In this document: in pieces, positions 49,747-63,487 of the stretch
Layout of the letters: every line of letters starts with the position of its first letter
Numbering within the stretch: position 1 is the stretch's first letter
Assembly (NCBI RefSeq): GCF_964204645.1
Contig: NC_134028.1
Location: 17,801,653-17,865,652, forward strand
Length of the DNA: 64,000 bases
Source: Tubulanus polymorphus
Lineage: Eukaryota > Animalia > Nemertea
Direction: 5' to 3'
Position numbers and translations under genes: made by a program
The notes under the pieces: model-generated
What the model was told of the DNA's origin: nothing
The model's database searches: none
The model's input: only the letters and a program-made list of their open reading frames with translations

Positions 49747-50442
49747 CCCTATAAAATCCGAAGCGCCCGAAAGCGCCCGTGACGATAGACGTCCGTAGCG
49801 CCCGTAAGCGTCCGTAGCATCACGGGTCTTTTCCGACATCATCACCACCCGCAAAATCCGTAGAAATTTATTACAGCCGGTACATAACAACTCAATTTTG
49901 TCTAGGGAATTCATTTCCGGTTTTAAAAATATACGTTACTATTCAACTTTTCGAGTAAAATGATGATGTTGTGAGGTACTTTTGGCGATTTTGAACAATT
50001 CTTCAAGTAAATTTAGACAATTTTGTTAGTTTATTCAATCACTAGAATGGACAGTGATACTGAAGTGAGTGATTTATCTGAACATTCCGGAGAATCAGAC
50101 GGTGATTTTGAACCCGGAAATCAATCGGGTACTGATGCTGAGGATGCTGAAGATAATCCGGAGGATAGTGATGCTGAATCGGATATAAATTATGATTCCG
50201 CTAATGATTCTGAATCTGATCATAACCCCAATGATTCAGATGACAGTGATTTAGACCCCAATGATGAAACTCCAAGATTAGATTTAATTCTAAATCAAAT
50301 AAACATAACTTGTAATGCATGATTTTTAACGGTTTTTGCTGTAGATGGCTTTTACTGCGACCACTAACTGTTAGGCTTGCACACTCTAATTCGGCTGGAC
50401 TTCTGGGATATGATTTTAGCTCACCGAGTGGCATTTAAAGGG
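49747..50442 (+). mobile_element. Internally deleted piggyBac retaining only the acidic N-terminus (ATG 50047)
   Basis: TTAA|CCCTATAAA...TTTAAAGGG|TTAA; MDSDTEVSDLSEHSGESDGDFEP. Confidence 0.7.
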
Positions 50443-50647
50443 TTAATATATTTCTCTTATTGTGCGGACTACCTTGCTACACTAACACAGCCATAATCTT
50501 TAAATCCATGGGAATTTTACCATCAAATTCTCAGATAATCATTAGAACATACTAGAATAGAAAAGCAGGCTTCATTTAGCAATTGGTAGGATATCTGAAT
50601 TAGGCCTATATTTTATACAAATTATGCTAATTAGGTCACGTGATGCA

Positions 50648-52395
50648 CAAGAGCCAAGGGTCACTATGGCCAGCCTGTCAGCTTTTCATATAATGGCAAA
50701 TGATGCATTCTGTGGGTTATATTTGTCAAAATTCACTCCCAGCTCAGAGTCAATACCAATAATTTACACAATACAATCATACAATCAAGTAGCACAGACA
50801 GCGACTGGAGCTGGCAGGAACAAATACCTCCGATAAATCTTTTCGCTTGGTCTTATCGATTTAAGTGGAATAGAATTGAATTTTCTGAAATTTGCTCGAT
50901 AAAACAAAATTGAATTGGATTTGACGTTAAATTTGTGCAATAACGTAAGGGTGAATTGGATTTGATATTTTTTGCAGAATAAAATTTTATGGAATTTGCA
51001 GTTTGAGCACATGGCTGATTAGCATATCAAGGTCATTCATCCGATTTGAGAAGAAGCTATTTTCCCGGACTTTGCATAATTTGGCCATCCCAAAATAATT
51101 GACTGTTTGCCGTTACACCGACTCAATTTATCACCTTTTTTTTGCATGGAAACAATATTGCAAATCTTCATTGTGCATGGGAAATTTGTATTGAATATAT
51201 GCGCGCTTACATTACCAGCTTTAATAAAGTCACTTTTAGAATGAATGGCAGCTTATTTGAACACAGCCAGTTTCGTGGAAAACTAGGCCACGTGTCAAGG
51301 CATGTTTTCACACGATGACTTCAAACATACGTAGCTCATACATCAGCAGTGGGTCAGTCAGTCGGCCGTTTTTATCAAAAATAAAAATTTTTTCAATGAA
51401 TCCCAGAAAGAGTTTTCACTCGGTACCTTTGAAGTCGGGTCGGTCGGGTTACGGCAAACAGACCATTATTTTGGGGTGGCCTTGTCAATGATATCTTCTG
51501 TAGTGAAATAAAAGACCAACAAGGTGCCTGTGGGGACCGTGAGAATCAGCTTTGAAAGTAAATAGTCATGTGCTCAAGCGCATGGAAACTATATTTTCCC
51601 TTAAAGTATGATTACAGGCTTAAGGGACGATATGCGATTGCATCTACATAGAATATACTTGCAGTTTCAGACTCGTGCGACACAATGTAGGCCTACTGGT
51701 ACAAGGATCTTTTTACAGCGCGTATATGTACATGTTTAAATGTCACTCAGATGGGTGCCCTGCAGTCCGCCTCCACCCGAAAATGATGTCACATGTCACT
51801 CTAGAAATTCCCAAAATCGTATGGAAATTAGCCCCCAAGGCCCAAATAAGATACACCAGATATCTATACCACCAGAAATTATGACCCTACAACTGTAAGT
51901 CCTTTTGATATAAGATTCATAGCATTAGATGCTACAGATTCAGCGGAGATGTGCAACACTAATCAGTCGGCACCATTTAGTAAACTAATATCAACCAAGT
52001 CAACTAAAGATTTCACAGAAGTTGATCTTGAAATGCAATTTTAGATCTTAAAATAAAACCTGGAAGTAAACCCGAAAGTGAACCCGCGGGTTCATGTGAA
52101 CACCTGGTGATCTCAGCGGCTAAGCAAATCACAGAGGAGTCTTTGCTTTCTTATTGGCTTTTTAAAACAGATATTTTTGCGTTCAGATTTTCGCGAAAAA
52201 GCTCATATAAATTTTAACGAGGCCCTTTTTCAAAATTAAGCCTCATAGGGGTTGGAGAATGGATAATGCTCTAATGAATGATTTGTATGAATATATCCTC
52301 AGTTGCACAGTCAGAGCCTTTGCTCTGGAAACCATGTCATTTAAATCCGCTCCATTCGTATAGTAATAGGCTCAGCCTACGGCTGGTCTAAAAAT
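50648..52395 (-). mobile_element. Family C copy with nested insertions
   Basis: caagagccaaggg...tggccagcc end and aggctcagcctacggctgg hairpin end. Confidence 0.7.
51083..51481. mobile_element. PIF/Harbinger-like MITE
   Basis: TIR GGCCATCCCAAAATAAT / ATTATTTTGGGGTGGCC; splits a family C motif that is contiguous at ~33634. Confidence 0.7.
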
Positions 52396-52607
52396 TAATT
52401 TCTTTGCCACCAAAATGTTTGGCCACTACGTTGCCCTCGGTGGGTACAGTACCTCTTTGGTGGCTGGGTATATGGCCAGTCCTGAAAGGGTTTAAACATC
52501 GCAAATTGATTGATTCTAACTCTATGACCGAAATTTAACTGACAACTGTGGAACTGTATTGAGAATTTCAACGAGTCCTCAATCACATCAGTAAACCTAT
52601 TTCTCAC

Positions 52608-52736
52608 CGTTAATTCATACTTGTTATCATTAATCAATAGAGTTGAAATCTTCTGCTGTAAATCTGGATCATCATTGGTCATTCTTATCACACGGTCCAG
52701 TGGTTTCCTGCCAGAGGGCGGCAAAAGCTCAAACTT
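52608..52736 (-). CDS. VWA8: VWA8 exon (KFELLPPSGRK...NKYELT)
   Basis: tgtag/gtgag sites; phase 0-0; fits between flanking exons; less conserved linker. Confidence 0.82.
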
Positions 52737-52796
52737 CTACAAAAATCAACGATTCAAATTATTTGAATTCATAGGGATGATAACATGCATGGTTAA

Positions 52797-53299
52797 AGGG
52801 TAAAAATAAGATTTTGGGAGCTGAAGGCGTGAACAATGCAAGTGCCTCAGGCAGGAAAATGTGGAGGGTTTGATTGGAACCTTGTCATCCTCCCACGACA
52901 GGGATTCGAACCTGATGGCATCGCTACACTCAGCCACGACATGAACCCCTGCCGCAGTATGTACAGGTGCATGCGCAGCTTTGCTGCACGAAAACTTGCG
53001 GCACTAATCAGATTGCTTGTTGTATAATCGCTGAGATAAATTTCACAGAAGAACTATAAATGGGAAAACCCAGGCTTAAATAGAACAGGATATCTGATTG
53101 GCTGACGATGACATCATCTAAGCTCTGCGTGTAGCTGCATGCTCGGTCTAGTGTGGCAGGGTTTCGCACATTGACAATCTCGATGCCATCAGGTTCGAAT
53201 CCCTACCGGGGGAGGATGGAACATTGTAGAGGCAAGGAGACGACTTTTTGGCACTGAAATACAACATTTGACAGCCGACCAAAGAGACTATTTACCCCA
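52797..53299. mobile_element. Foldback MITE (Kolobok-like left end) with a Pol III B-box in each arm
   Basis: TTAA|AGGGTAAA...TTTACCCC; cgatgccatcaggttcgaatccct is inverted between 52886-52923 and 53181-53218. Confidence 0.55.
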
Positions 53300-56200
53300 T
53301 ACATGAGCTGCAAATTTGTTGTGTAAGATCAGTAATGATTGGGGTGAATTGTCTCAAGAAGGCATCAATATCTAAATGGATGTAAATAGACCAAGGAAAA
53401 AAAAATTTTTGAAATTGACTCGATCTTGGTCAGTGTCAACTTTTGAATGTCTCTTATCAAAATGACATTCTTGATACCCACAAAAGATTGATGAGGGGAA
53501 GTTTAGACTCAACAATGTTCATAATTTCAATAGATCCAGAGAGAGAATGACACAAACAACTAAACCTTACAGAAAAAGCTTAAAATTCATGACGCGGTAC
53601 AATATGGTACAAACTTACTGAGAATTTACTCAGTTTTGTCATTAATCATCTGGACCGAAAAAAAAGAATCAGATGCACCTTAGGTTACAGGCGCAATAAA
53701 CTTTCTCGACTGACATGGTTTTTAATAAGTATCACAATAGAATTAAAAGCTATTAAAGCTAAATAAGCCTACCTCCTCAATTGACTGTTTGATGAATCAA
53801 GTGTAGGTATATGTCAGTAGATTATATGTCAGTATATTGCTTATGGGAATGTACTTAATGTTGGTATCGACACGCACTAATCTCATCACTGTGTCGCAGT
53901 GATCAAACTACTCAGGCTCCAAAATGGATTGCTGATGCAAAAACCCATACAAATTAATTCAATTAATGACGATAAATCACATTTACTTCAGAATCATTCA
54001 TACAAAATTTTCAACGTCGCTGAAAATGTGTAAAAAATGTGAGTTCAAAAAGGGGTAGAGCCGCTTCTTGTTGCCAAAAGACCAATCAAAAATTAGTTTA
54101 ATTTACTTGTTTACTTGGGTTTTATACAAGAAAATAAAGACTTTCCAACAACTGTCACACGCGTCAATGCAGTTTGGAAATGATTTAAGCCTATTATAGC
54201 ACAAGCATTACGGCTGTGCCCGCGTAGAGAAACACGTGCGGGCAATGTATCTTCCCCATGAAAAAGGTAATTGATCATATGGTACACACTGCTCATTTGC
54301 ATAAAGAAATAAACAAACACAAGAGCCCCAAGGGGCACCATGGCCAGCCTGTCAGCTATTCTTAAAATGGCAAATGATGATGCATTCTGTGGGTTAAATT
54401 TGTCAAAATACACTCCCAGCTCAGAGTCAATACCTAATAATTTACACAATACAATCGTAGAATACAAAAGTAGCACAGACAGCGACTGGATCTGGCAACA
54501 AATACCTCAGATAAATCTTTTCTCTTGGTCTTATTGATTTTAATGCGGAATAGAATTGAATTTTCTCAAATTTGCTCAATAAAACATAATTGAATTGGAT
54601 TTGATGTTTTTAGTTGTTCAGAAAGTAAATTGAATTGGATTTGATATTTTTTGCGGAATAAAATTTGATTGAATTTGTAGTTTGAGCACATGGCTAATTA
54701 GCATATCATGGTCATCTATCCGATTTAAGAAAAAGCTATTTTTCCCAGACTTTGCACAATGGTCAACGATATTTTCTGTAGTGCTAATAAAAATATTCCT
54801 CCCAAAAACCAAATCAACTAAAGCTTTCACAGAAATCGATCTTGAAATACAATTTGGGATCTTAAAATAAATTGCCCATGGGCAAAGTGTGGTTTACCTT
54901 GAAACCTAGAGGTTGTTTGGAGTAAGGGCATTGCTTGAAAAATCTTATTGATTCGTGACTTCAAAGTTCTAGAAGTTTATATTTATATCTTTCTTACAGT
55001 ATTATTTTGTAGTCAAATAAGACCAAAGATAAACATTTGTTTATGGTCTACGTCCAAAATTTCGTAAGGTACAGGCAGGCGCGGCTGGGAAACTATTTCA
55101 TATTTAAAAAAAAAATATTCAAATAAAATTCATATGACGTCACATATCAGAGGGTGGCTGAATATTGAGTCTTGGGAACGAAACCACTTCCAATGTATGG
55201 CCGCGGAAGCTAAAACACCGGGGCGTAGTATTAGATCGTTTTAAATCCTGGAATTTACCACTACAATATTCAGACCTCGACCTATAGTTTGCTGCTTAGT
55301 ATTTTCAGGTCACGAGAAATTACAATTCATTACAAATTCTATCAAACAGAAAACACAGCGCTCATCTTCTGCTACAACGATTATTCAGCCAGTTATCATA
55401 CCAAACAAGCACGCACCAAGCAGCGTTACAGCATCACCATATAGTAGTCAGTATGAGCGTGTGTTTGTGTGTGCATGGACGTATTAACTTGTTTATACGT
55501 CCATGGTGTGTGCAACAGTCTAATGTTTAGCACTCTTGCGCAAGTGGAGGACTTGTGTAGTGAACGTTTGCTTCACTTCAATCTCAATCTCCAATCACCG
55601 GGTATTAAAATGAAACAATACCTATGGCAATATGTGAAATAATTATATTCTCACCAGCAATGAGCATTTAAAATTCGCACATATACGGCACCAGTCCAAT
55701 GAAACGTTCGCCATTAATGGCTTTCCCATGATTATTTTAGTAGCGCCGGAATTCCCCGTATATCCCAAAAAACGCCAATCACATTGGCTCGTAGAGACAA
55801 CGCCCCCGATCGAGGTCATTGCAATTTTATACGCAAGAGCTAAGAATTTTCCAGCCAAAAACAGTTTTTCGTCGAATTTAAACAAAGTTGACCCTGTCAT
55901 CGACGGAGGTTCGTCATGTCTTCAATCGCATCAATAATACATCGTTTAACCCCAGAACCAATGAAAAAAATGCTCACATAAAAAAATAAAGCGAGATTTT
56001 ACATGAATTGGCTCAATGCCAACCTCATACTTCTGACAAAGGTAAACCAATAAAACCCGGAAGTAAAACAGTAGACGATACCGCGGGTTCACGTGAACAC
56101 CTGCTGATTTCTGCAGCTAAGCCAATCATAGAGGAGTCTGCTTTCTGATTGGCTTTTCAAAACCAAAATTTTTGCGATCAGATATTCGCGAAAAAGCTCA

Positions 56201-56359
56201 TATGAATTTTAACCAGGCCCTCTTTCAAAATTAAGCTACGTAGAGTTTGGAGAATGGATAATGCTTTTATGAATGATTTGTATGAATATATGCTCAGTTG
56301 CACGGTAAAAGAGCCTTTGCTCTGGAAACCATGTCATTTAAATTCGCTCAATTTGTATA

Positions 56360-57959
56360 CTGTAAAAACCGGCGTATAAGACGAGTTTTTTACCCTTGAT
56401 TTTACCACAAAATTATTGACCTCGACTTATACGCCGAGTACAGTTTTCTATTAAGTATTTTCAGGTCACAAGAAATATTGATTCTACCAGACAAACTAGG
56501 CTGGGTCCAGGGACACCATGCCCACTTGGGAAGTGGTTCCAAATGCTCAACAATCTAACAATTTCAATATCCAACAATCATAGAGCATGTCAGCAGCTAC
56601 GATTTTGTAATTGATTGTGATAAAATATGCCTCGTTACCAATTTAATATGGAAATACTAAGCTATTCTACTATTTAACGCCCCCTGGTGACCATATTCAA
56701 AACCCAATGACCTCGAAACTTACCACAATCATAGAAAATGTCATGAACTACAACTTTGCAATTGATCATGGTAACAAAATATGCCTAGGTAGGCCTACCA
56801 ATATAATAAGGAAATATTAAGTTATTCTACTATTCAACGCCCCCTGGTGACCATATAGAATAACTAATATCCTTAAAACTTGCAACAATCATAGATGATG
56901 TCATGAGCTACAACTTTCCAATTGATTGTGGTTACAAAATATGCATAGGTACGAATATAATATAGAAATGCTAAGATATTGCATTATTCAATGCCCCCTG
57001 GTGGCCATATACAAAATCCAATGACCTTGAAACTCACCACAATCATAGAAAACGTTATGAGCTACAACTTTCTAAATGATTGTGGTAACAAAATACGCTT
57101 AGGTATCGATATAATGTGGAAGAACTTTTTCCCACTTACGAATGAGTACTGGTGTCAAGACGGCCGCCAATTGCGTCATAATCGGCTGATGAAAAATACC
57201 TGTCTCAGGTATAAAACATCCCTTTCCAAAGAATACCCATCACAAATAAAAAGTTCAAAAATGTGTAAAAAGTGCTGATTTTAGCGAACAACAATGGCTG
57301 CCAGTCGGCCATCTTGAATCTGACAGGGCCAGTTTTTGGGCTGAAGATGTGTCTAGGGTAGATACATGTGTAACCCAAATATCAAGACATTACACTGAAG
57401 CGTCTTTAAAACTTCCCAAAATAACTGGTTTCCGTCTACGGACGGACGGATGGACGAAAATGTAACGCAATAGCCCGCTGGGACTAAAGTCCCAAGTGGG
57501 CTAAAAAGACAGTGTTCATCTTCTCACTGCTATAACAGTTTGAATAATTATTCATGATAAGTAAAGTTATTTAATGAAAAAAACTTCTTTCATTTTGATA
57601 CAGCTTCATTTAAAACGATGTATTCATATAAGCGCGCTCATAGCAGCGCTTAATACATTAGGCTATATATAGCGTGTGACTCACACTACTGTATCACTGT
57701 ATGGTAGTGTATTATACCTGAGTGTGTGTGTAACAGTCTATTGATTAACACACAGCAGCAATCAGGCTGACGCGTGCCGCGTGTGTGAAGGCGCACATCG
57801 TTATCAAAACAAACTATTCAATATAATGATACAAGTAATTATTCTTCTTAGAGAAGGGACTCGACTTAAAAGCCGGATATATGTTAAAATCATTAAATGT
57901 AGGTCTAAAAATCGACCTCGACTTATACGCCGTGTAGACTTAAACGCCGGTTTTTACGG
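56360..57959. mobile_element. pogo/Tc-type MITE
   Basis: TA-flanked; ctgtaaaaaccggcgtataag / cttaaacgccggtttttacgg. Confidence 0.8.
56494..57507 (-). mobile_element. Family A copy
   Basis: Both ends present plus three ~154-bp units. Confidence 0.85.
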
Positions 57960-58427
57960 TAATAGGCTCAGCCTACGGCTGGCCTGAAAATGGCAACCGT
58001 TTTCACCGATATAAAACTCAATTTTCGAGAATATTTATCAATCCTTCAAATCGGTACAAACTGGATATAAAAACGATAATTCATCTTGACTGCACAACAC
58101 GATTAAGACCTATTTGAGGTATGTATGCTGAAAATTAAGCGAAATATCCCAAAAAGATAGAGGACAATCCAAAAATAAATAGACTTTAGGGTAGATACAT
58201 GTGTAACCCAAATATCAAAACACTACATTGAAACTTTAAAACTTCCCAAAATAACTGGTTTCCTAACAGACGGACGAAAAGTAAACGCAATTGCCCACTG
58301 GGATTTAAGTCGGCTAAAATGATCAAAACGAATTCAGAGGTAGAAATCTCGTCTAAAATAATCATCTCTGATTTAAAATACATGATATTGTTCCTTGAAG
58401 ATCTCATCAATCTGATGAAATGTTTAC

Positions 58428-58532
58428 CTTCATAATTTCTAGAACCGCTGTTCTTCCTTCCTGATTTAACAGGAGTTTATGAGGATATATTCTTGATAAT
58501 ATCTGACTGTCAGCGTAATCCGGGGTCAGATT
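58428..58532 (-). CDS. VWA8: VWA8 exon (NLTPDYADSQILSRIYPHK...EIMK)
   Basis: ttgcag/gtaaac sites; phase 0-0. Confidence 0.9.
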
Positions 58533-58604
58533 CTGCAAATACATTATATACTGTTTCAACCCTGAATTATAAACTATCATCAGAAGAAACGAACAATAAC
58601 TTAC

Positions 58605-58713
58605 AAGAATCTTCACAATTAGAGGAAGATTTGTGATGGGGAAGTCAGGTAATCCAAGGGACTGCAATTCAGTGCTTAACAATGTACTTGAGAATGACAG
58701 AATCTGAGACAAC
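58605..58713 (-). CDS. VWA8: VWA8 exon (LSQILSFSSTL...SLGLPDFP...KIL)
   Basis: ttctag/gtaag sites; phase 2 in, 0 out. Confidence 0.92.
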
Positions 58714-59689
58714 CTAGAAACATATAAACATGCATATAAAACCCACAAATAACTGCCCATGGGCCAAGAAGTTTACCACAGCCAGATGAAATGGAGGGAT
58801 AAGATGATCTAATGAAGTTCGAAATATATCAGAAAACAAAATATAGATATCACTGTTATATATAAGTAACTCCATTGTCAAGCATTATCGGTCCCCATCA
58901 GAGAAACTCTCAGTGGCAGCTACATCAGCGGATCATCGACCCGACGAACAAGCCGCAATACCGAGCCAGCAACCTGACCGACAGGTTCATCAACAACCCT
59001 AAGCCCGATTCAATCACGCATTAAGTATCATCGAGTCTCACATGCAGTCAGTGTCAGGACAAAATGCAGACAAAATGCACGTATACCCAACAACAGGCAA
59101 ATGAAAATTGATTATATCCTAGACAATATTACTTCACCTGTTCCGGGTTTTCTATATGCAAATAAGTATTGCGTGAAATTCGTCGGCATATTCCTACGCT
59201 CATTTTATGCATCAAATAACCACTGGTGCACCATAAATCAATTTTAGATGGCCAAATATTTGCGAATTAATATTTCCATTCATACAATATAGATTTAGAA
59301 TACAAGTTTGGCAAGGTAAAAATGTTATTAAACGGTCTACCGACGGACTCCCATGGCAGGTACGTGTAGCTCTGATTGGTTGATGCAATGCATAGGGAAC
59401 CCTGTTAATGAGGAATCTCCATCGAAACATCATAAATGCAGGTGCTCAGACGTTTATGCCATAAAACGGAGGATCAGAAAAATCTCTGAGGAATTGATAG
59501 CTACGATCCCAGTTCTTTGCATGCAGCAAAGCGCTCATGTCATGATCTTTTTTCGCTCATACAAATCAGCACCACTATTGGCATAAAATTTTGTGCAACC
59601 AAAAAGCGGACCCATTCGCTCAAAAATGACGGCATGGGTAAACCAAAATCCTACAGTAATTAGAGTATTGAACCTTAAGAACACACTAC

Positions 59690-59904
59690 CTGTTATCAGC
59701 AATATTCCAGCCTACTTTTTCGATCTGTTCTAACATTTCCTTATACGACAATGGTTGTACATCGCGAGCTTGAAATCTTGATCTTAATGGAGGGTCTAGA
59801 GGATTTCCTTGATACCTCGGTACGGGTAAACCCAACGCTATAACTCTGAAAGCTTCATTAACACGCACTAATTTACTATCATCCAATTCTTGTTTACTGT
59901 GAGT
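59690..59904 (-). CDS. VWA8: VWA8 exon (THSKQELD...FRVIALGLPVPRYQGNPLDPPLRSRFQAR...)
   Basis: tttag/gtag sites; phase 0 in, 2 out; arginine-finger motif LDPPLRSRF. Confidence 0.95.
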
Positions 59905-61722
59905 CTAAAATGAAATGATTTGTTTCAATTTCTTTAAACTGTTTAAAAGAATCACTTAAAATCACAATATCCATTTCTATGATATAGTAATAAAGCACTT
60001 AAGTCCCACCGTTATACATTAATTTTAAAAAAGTTCAGGTCTTTTGGAACTTACCCTACACATCCACGACCCCGTCCGGTGGTATACGGTAAATTTTGCC
60101 CCAGGCGTTTTTAGGCCCCCTCCCCTTCGATCTTTGTACTTATTCTATTGACCACACCACCCGTACATTCATTTTGAAAAGTACGTACATTTGTCTTTGA
60201 CCCCCTCCCCCTGTACAAAGTTACTACATCATTTGAACGCTCTCCTATAAAATTAACCACCAACGCACGCATCTGCACCCCCCAGAGCGATTCCCGAGAG
60301 ACTGTGTATGCCAGTATCCCGTCTGTGGTATGGAAATCGCAATAGCCCGCTGGGACTAAAGTCCAAGTGGGCTAAAAAATTGGATTTTATTGCCGCTGAC
60401 GAACTCAAACCCGTAATTTATTAGACATAAAACAGAACAACGTAACATGTTTACAGTTCAATCGTATTTTAAAGAACCAAAACAGAACAACGTAACACTT
60501 TATTTTTTCCACTGTATTTTTTTCATTCAGATTCGAACGCCGTATTATCGGCATACCAACTGTAACGTATTACGGCGAAACCGTAACGGTTGGCAGATCT
60601 GCACTGGCAAAGCCCTTCTAGAGGGATTTGAAGGGCTTTCCCTGTGATGTCATGAAACTAGTTCAAGCATCCATTCGTAGAATCGGGGAAAAATTCTTTG
60701 AAATTTTCAACATTCTCTCCTAGCACATCCAATCCAAATGGCTTAGAGCTGATGGAACCTATTTCCCGTCTAAAGACAAAATATCAGCTGTTTATATCCA
60801 GTGATTACAATTTGTGCCACCAAGAGCTAACAGAAAGTTACTCTCAGAACCATTCTTTAAGGATCAACACAGTTGATCCTAAAAATGTGTAAAAAGTGCT
60901 GATTCTGGCGAACAACAATGGCTGCCATCGTGATTCTGACAGGGCCAGCTTTTGGGCTAAAGATGTGTTTAGGGTAAATACATGTGTAACCCATATATCA
61001 AGACATTACATTGAAGTGTCTTAAACAAAATAACTGGATTCCGTCTAAGGACGGACGGACAAATGAAACGTGAACGCAATAGCCTGCTGAGACTTAAGTC
61101 CCAACTGGGCTAAAAATCAGTCAACAATTGTGGCCTCTTGATTGTTAACGTTGTTTTTCATGTTAGCCCCTGATGGCCATAACTTGGATCGAATTCACCA
61201 AATTTCAATCAGGTTTCTGACCCAAGTAATGCCCTACTAGTTGGCTGATACTGCTCAGCTGTTTTATAATACGATGTTAAGGACCACCTGCACAGCGCGC
61301 CGTAGTGTTTAAATCGGAAAATGGCCCTATAACTTTTAAGCCCATGGCCGATAGTATTTACATACCAAATTTCGTCAAGAAAAGATAATGAGTGTAGGAC
61401 GAGTAGCGATTTAAAGATTTTACAAGCGCCACCTGTACAGCGCCCCTAAAGGTCAAATTGGGAAAAAAGCTCTAGGCCTATAACTTTTTTGCACTTGGCC
61501 CATATTAGCTTCATCCCAAGTTGGGTCAAGATCAGAAACCTAGTAGCAAATTGAAGCAAATATTGACGGATGGACAGACGATAGGGCCTAACAGATCTTC
61601 CCGCTGATTGAATCTCCGCTGATTTTCGGTTACAGCGGCACTTAAAATCAGTTAACAATTGTAGCCTCTAGGCTGGTAACATACCTGGCGGCGGCAGCGT
61701 ATTCAGACGCAGGTAAATCTAT

Positions 61723-62899
61723 AACTAGGGGGTCCAGAGCAACCTTGCCCACTTGGGAAGTGGTTTCGAATGCTCAACAATCCAACAATTTCAATATTCA
61801 ACGCCCCCTGGTGACCATATAAAAAACAATGACTTGAAACTCACCACAATCATAGAACATGTCAGCAGCTATGATTTTGTAATTAATTGTGATAACAACA
61901 TATGCCTAGTTACCAACTCACTATGGAAATACTAAGTTATTCTTCTATTCAACACCCCCTGGTGACCATATGCAAAACCCAATGATCTTGAAAATCACCA
62001 CAAACATAGAACATGTCATGAGCTACAACTTTGCAATTGATCATGGTAACAATATATGCCTAGGTACCAATATAATACTAAGTTTTTCTACTATTCAATG
62101 CCCCCTGGTGATCATATGGAATAACTAATGTCCTTAAAACTCTCCACAATCATAGATAATGTCATGAGCTACTTTGCAATTGATTGTGGTAACAAATTGC
62201 GTACGTACGAAAATGAAACAGAAATACCAAGTAATTGTATTTTTCAACGCCCCCTGGTGGCCATATACAAAAAGCAATGACCTTGAAACTCACCAATATC
62301 ATAGAACACGTTATGAGCTACAATTTTACAATGGATTGTGGTAACACAATATGCTTAGGTATCAATATAATGTGGAAAAACTTTTTCCCACCTATGAATG
62401 AGTACTGATGACACCGAGATGGCCGCCAATTGTGCCATAATTAGTTGATCAATAATACCTGTCGCAGGTATAAAACATCCCTTTCCAAAGAATACCCATC
62501 ACCAAATTTCAATGAGAAATGGCAAACCAGAAGGAAGCAACAGGACTCAGAATTCGGGCCAAAATTGACATTTTTGGGCACTAAAAAGGTCATAGGATGG
62601 CCATCTCGAATTCAATCGACCCAATTTTTCTCCAGCTGATTGGCACTTGGGGGTATCAAATGCATACGAAAGATCAATGTAATTGATCAAAGCGTCTTCA
62701 AAATTTCCCGCAAAAAGTACAAAAATGTGTAAAAAGTGCTGATTTTGGCGAACAACAATGGCTGCAAGTCGGCCATATTGAGTCTGACAGATGTCATTTT
62801 GGGCTGAAGATGTGTCTAGGGTAGATTCATTTGTAACCCAAATATCAAGAAATTACATTGAAGCACCTTCAAAACTTAAAGTCCCAAGTGGGCTAAAAA
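61723..62899 (-). mobile_element. Family A copy with four ~150-bp units
   Basis: aactagggggtccag end and gtcccaagtgggct end; more end fragments at ~58190-58315, ~60340-60378, ~60885-61115, ~63060-63110. Confidence 0.85.
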
Positions 62900-63138
62900 T
62901 CCCACTAAAAAATCAAGGCTGAAATGTTTCCTTGAGCTAATAGTTAATTCAACTTTTCTACTACATGTATATCCTAAAAGTCGTCATCAGGAATACTTAT
63001 TAATGTGACAAAATAATGAGATATCCACCCTCTACGCATGAACAAATGGATGACGGTCAAAAAGTGAACACGATAGCTCGATGGGACTTAAGTCCAATGG
63101 GGCTAAAAAGAGATGAATTTGGGTCTATCAATTCGTAC

Positions 63139-63306
63139 CTGTAATAGTTTGTCATATCTATCCGCACAAACCAGTAATCTCCCATCATCCAACTGCATTT
63201 CTCTATTCTCTAACAGATTATTTAAAACGGGTAAAACATTTCTTTCTGCTTTCTCAATTCCGTCTAGTATCAAAACTCTGCCATACAGTGCCGCCCTTAC
63301 AGCACA
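63139..63306 (-). CDS. VWA8: VWA8 exon (CAVRAALYGRVLILDGIEKAERNVLPVLNNLLENREMQLDDGR...)
   Basis: tttag/gtacg sites; phase 0-0; highly conserved VWA8 first-AAA segment. Confidence 0.95.
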
Positions 63307-63487
63307 CTAAAATAAACAACAGCCTGCTCTAATAATGAGTGCCAACAAAGCTTTCCCTGAGAGCTGGCGGGCGGGAACAGTAGCGATGTATTGTAACGGT
63401 GGTATTCTTAGGATGAAATGCATCTTTGTTGCTGAAGTCAGTTGATTTTACATTTTTTAATGTATGAAAATATGGGTAAATTTTTAA

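Larger units (their letters stand above)
54320..57990 (-). mobile_element. Family C copy hosting family D (54868-56053), a pogo MITE (56360-57959) and family A (56494-57507)
   Basis: Family C sequence resumes after each insert, compared with the intact copy at 33370-34080. Confidence 0.75.

Noticed and set aside
52886-53218. Functional tRNA genes (also B-boxes at ~16804, ~32870, ~34765)
   Set aside because: No complete cloverleaf or acceptor stem evident; embedded in repeats
43172-63306. Non-canonical Walker B (LDG) in the first two AAA modules
   Set aside because: As I recall the vertebrate protein, these modules are similarly non-canonical, so this is not novel
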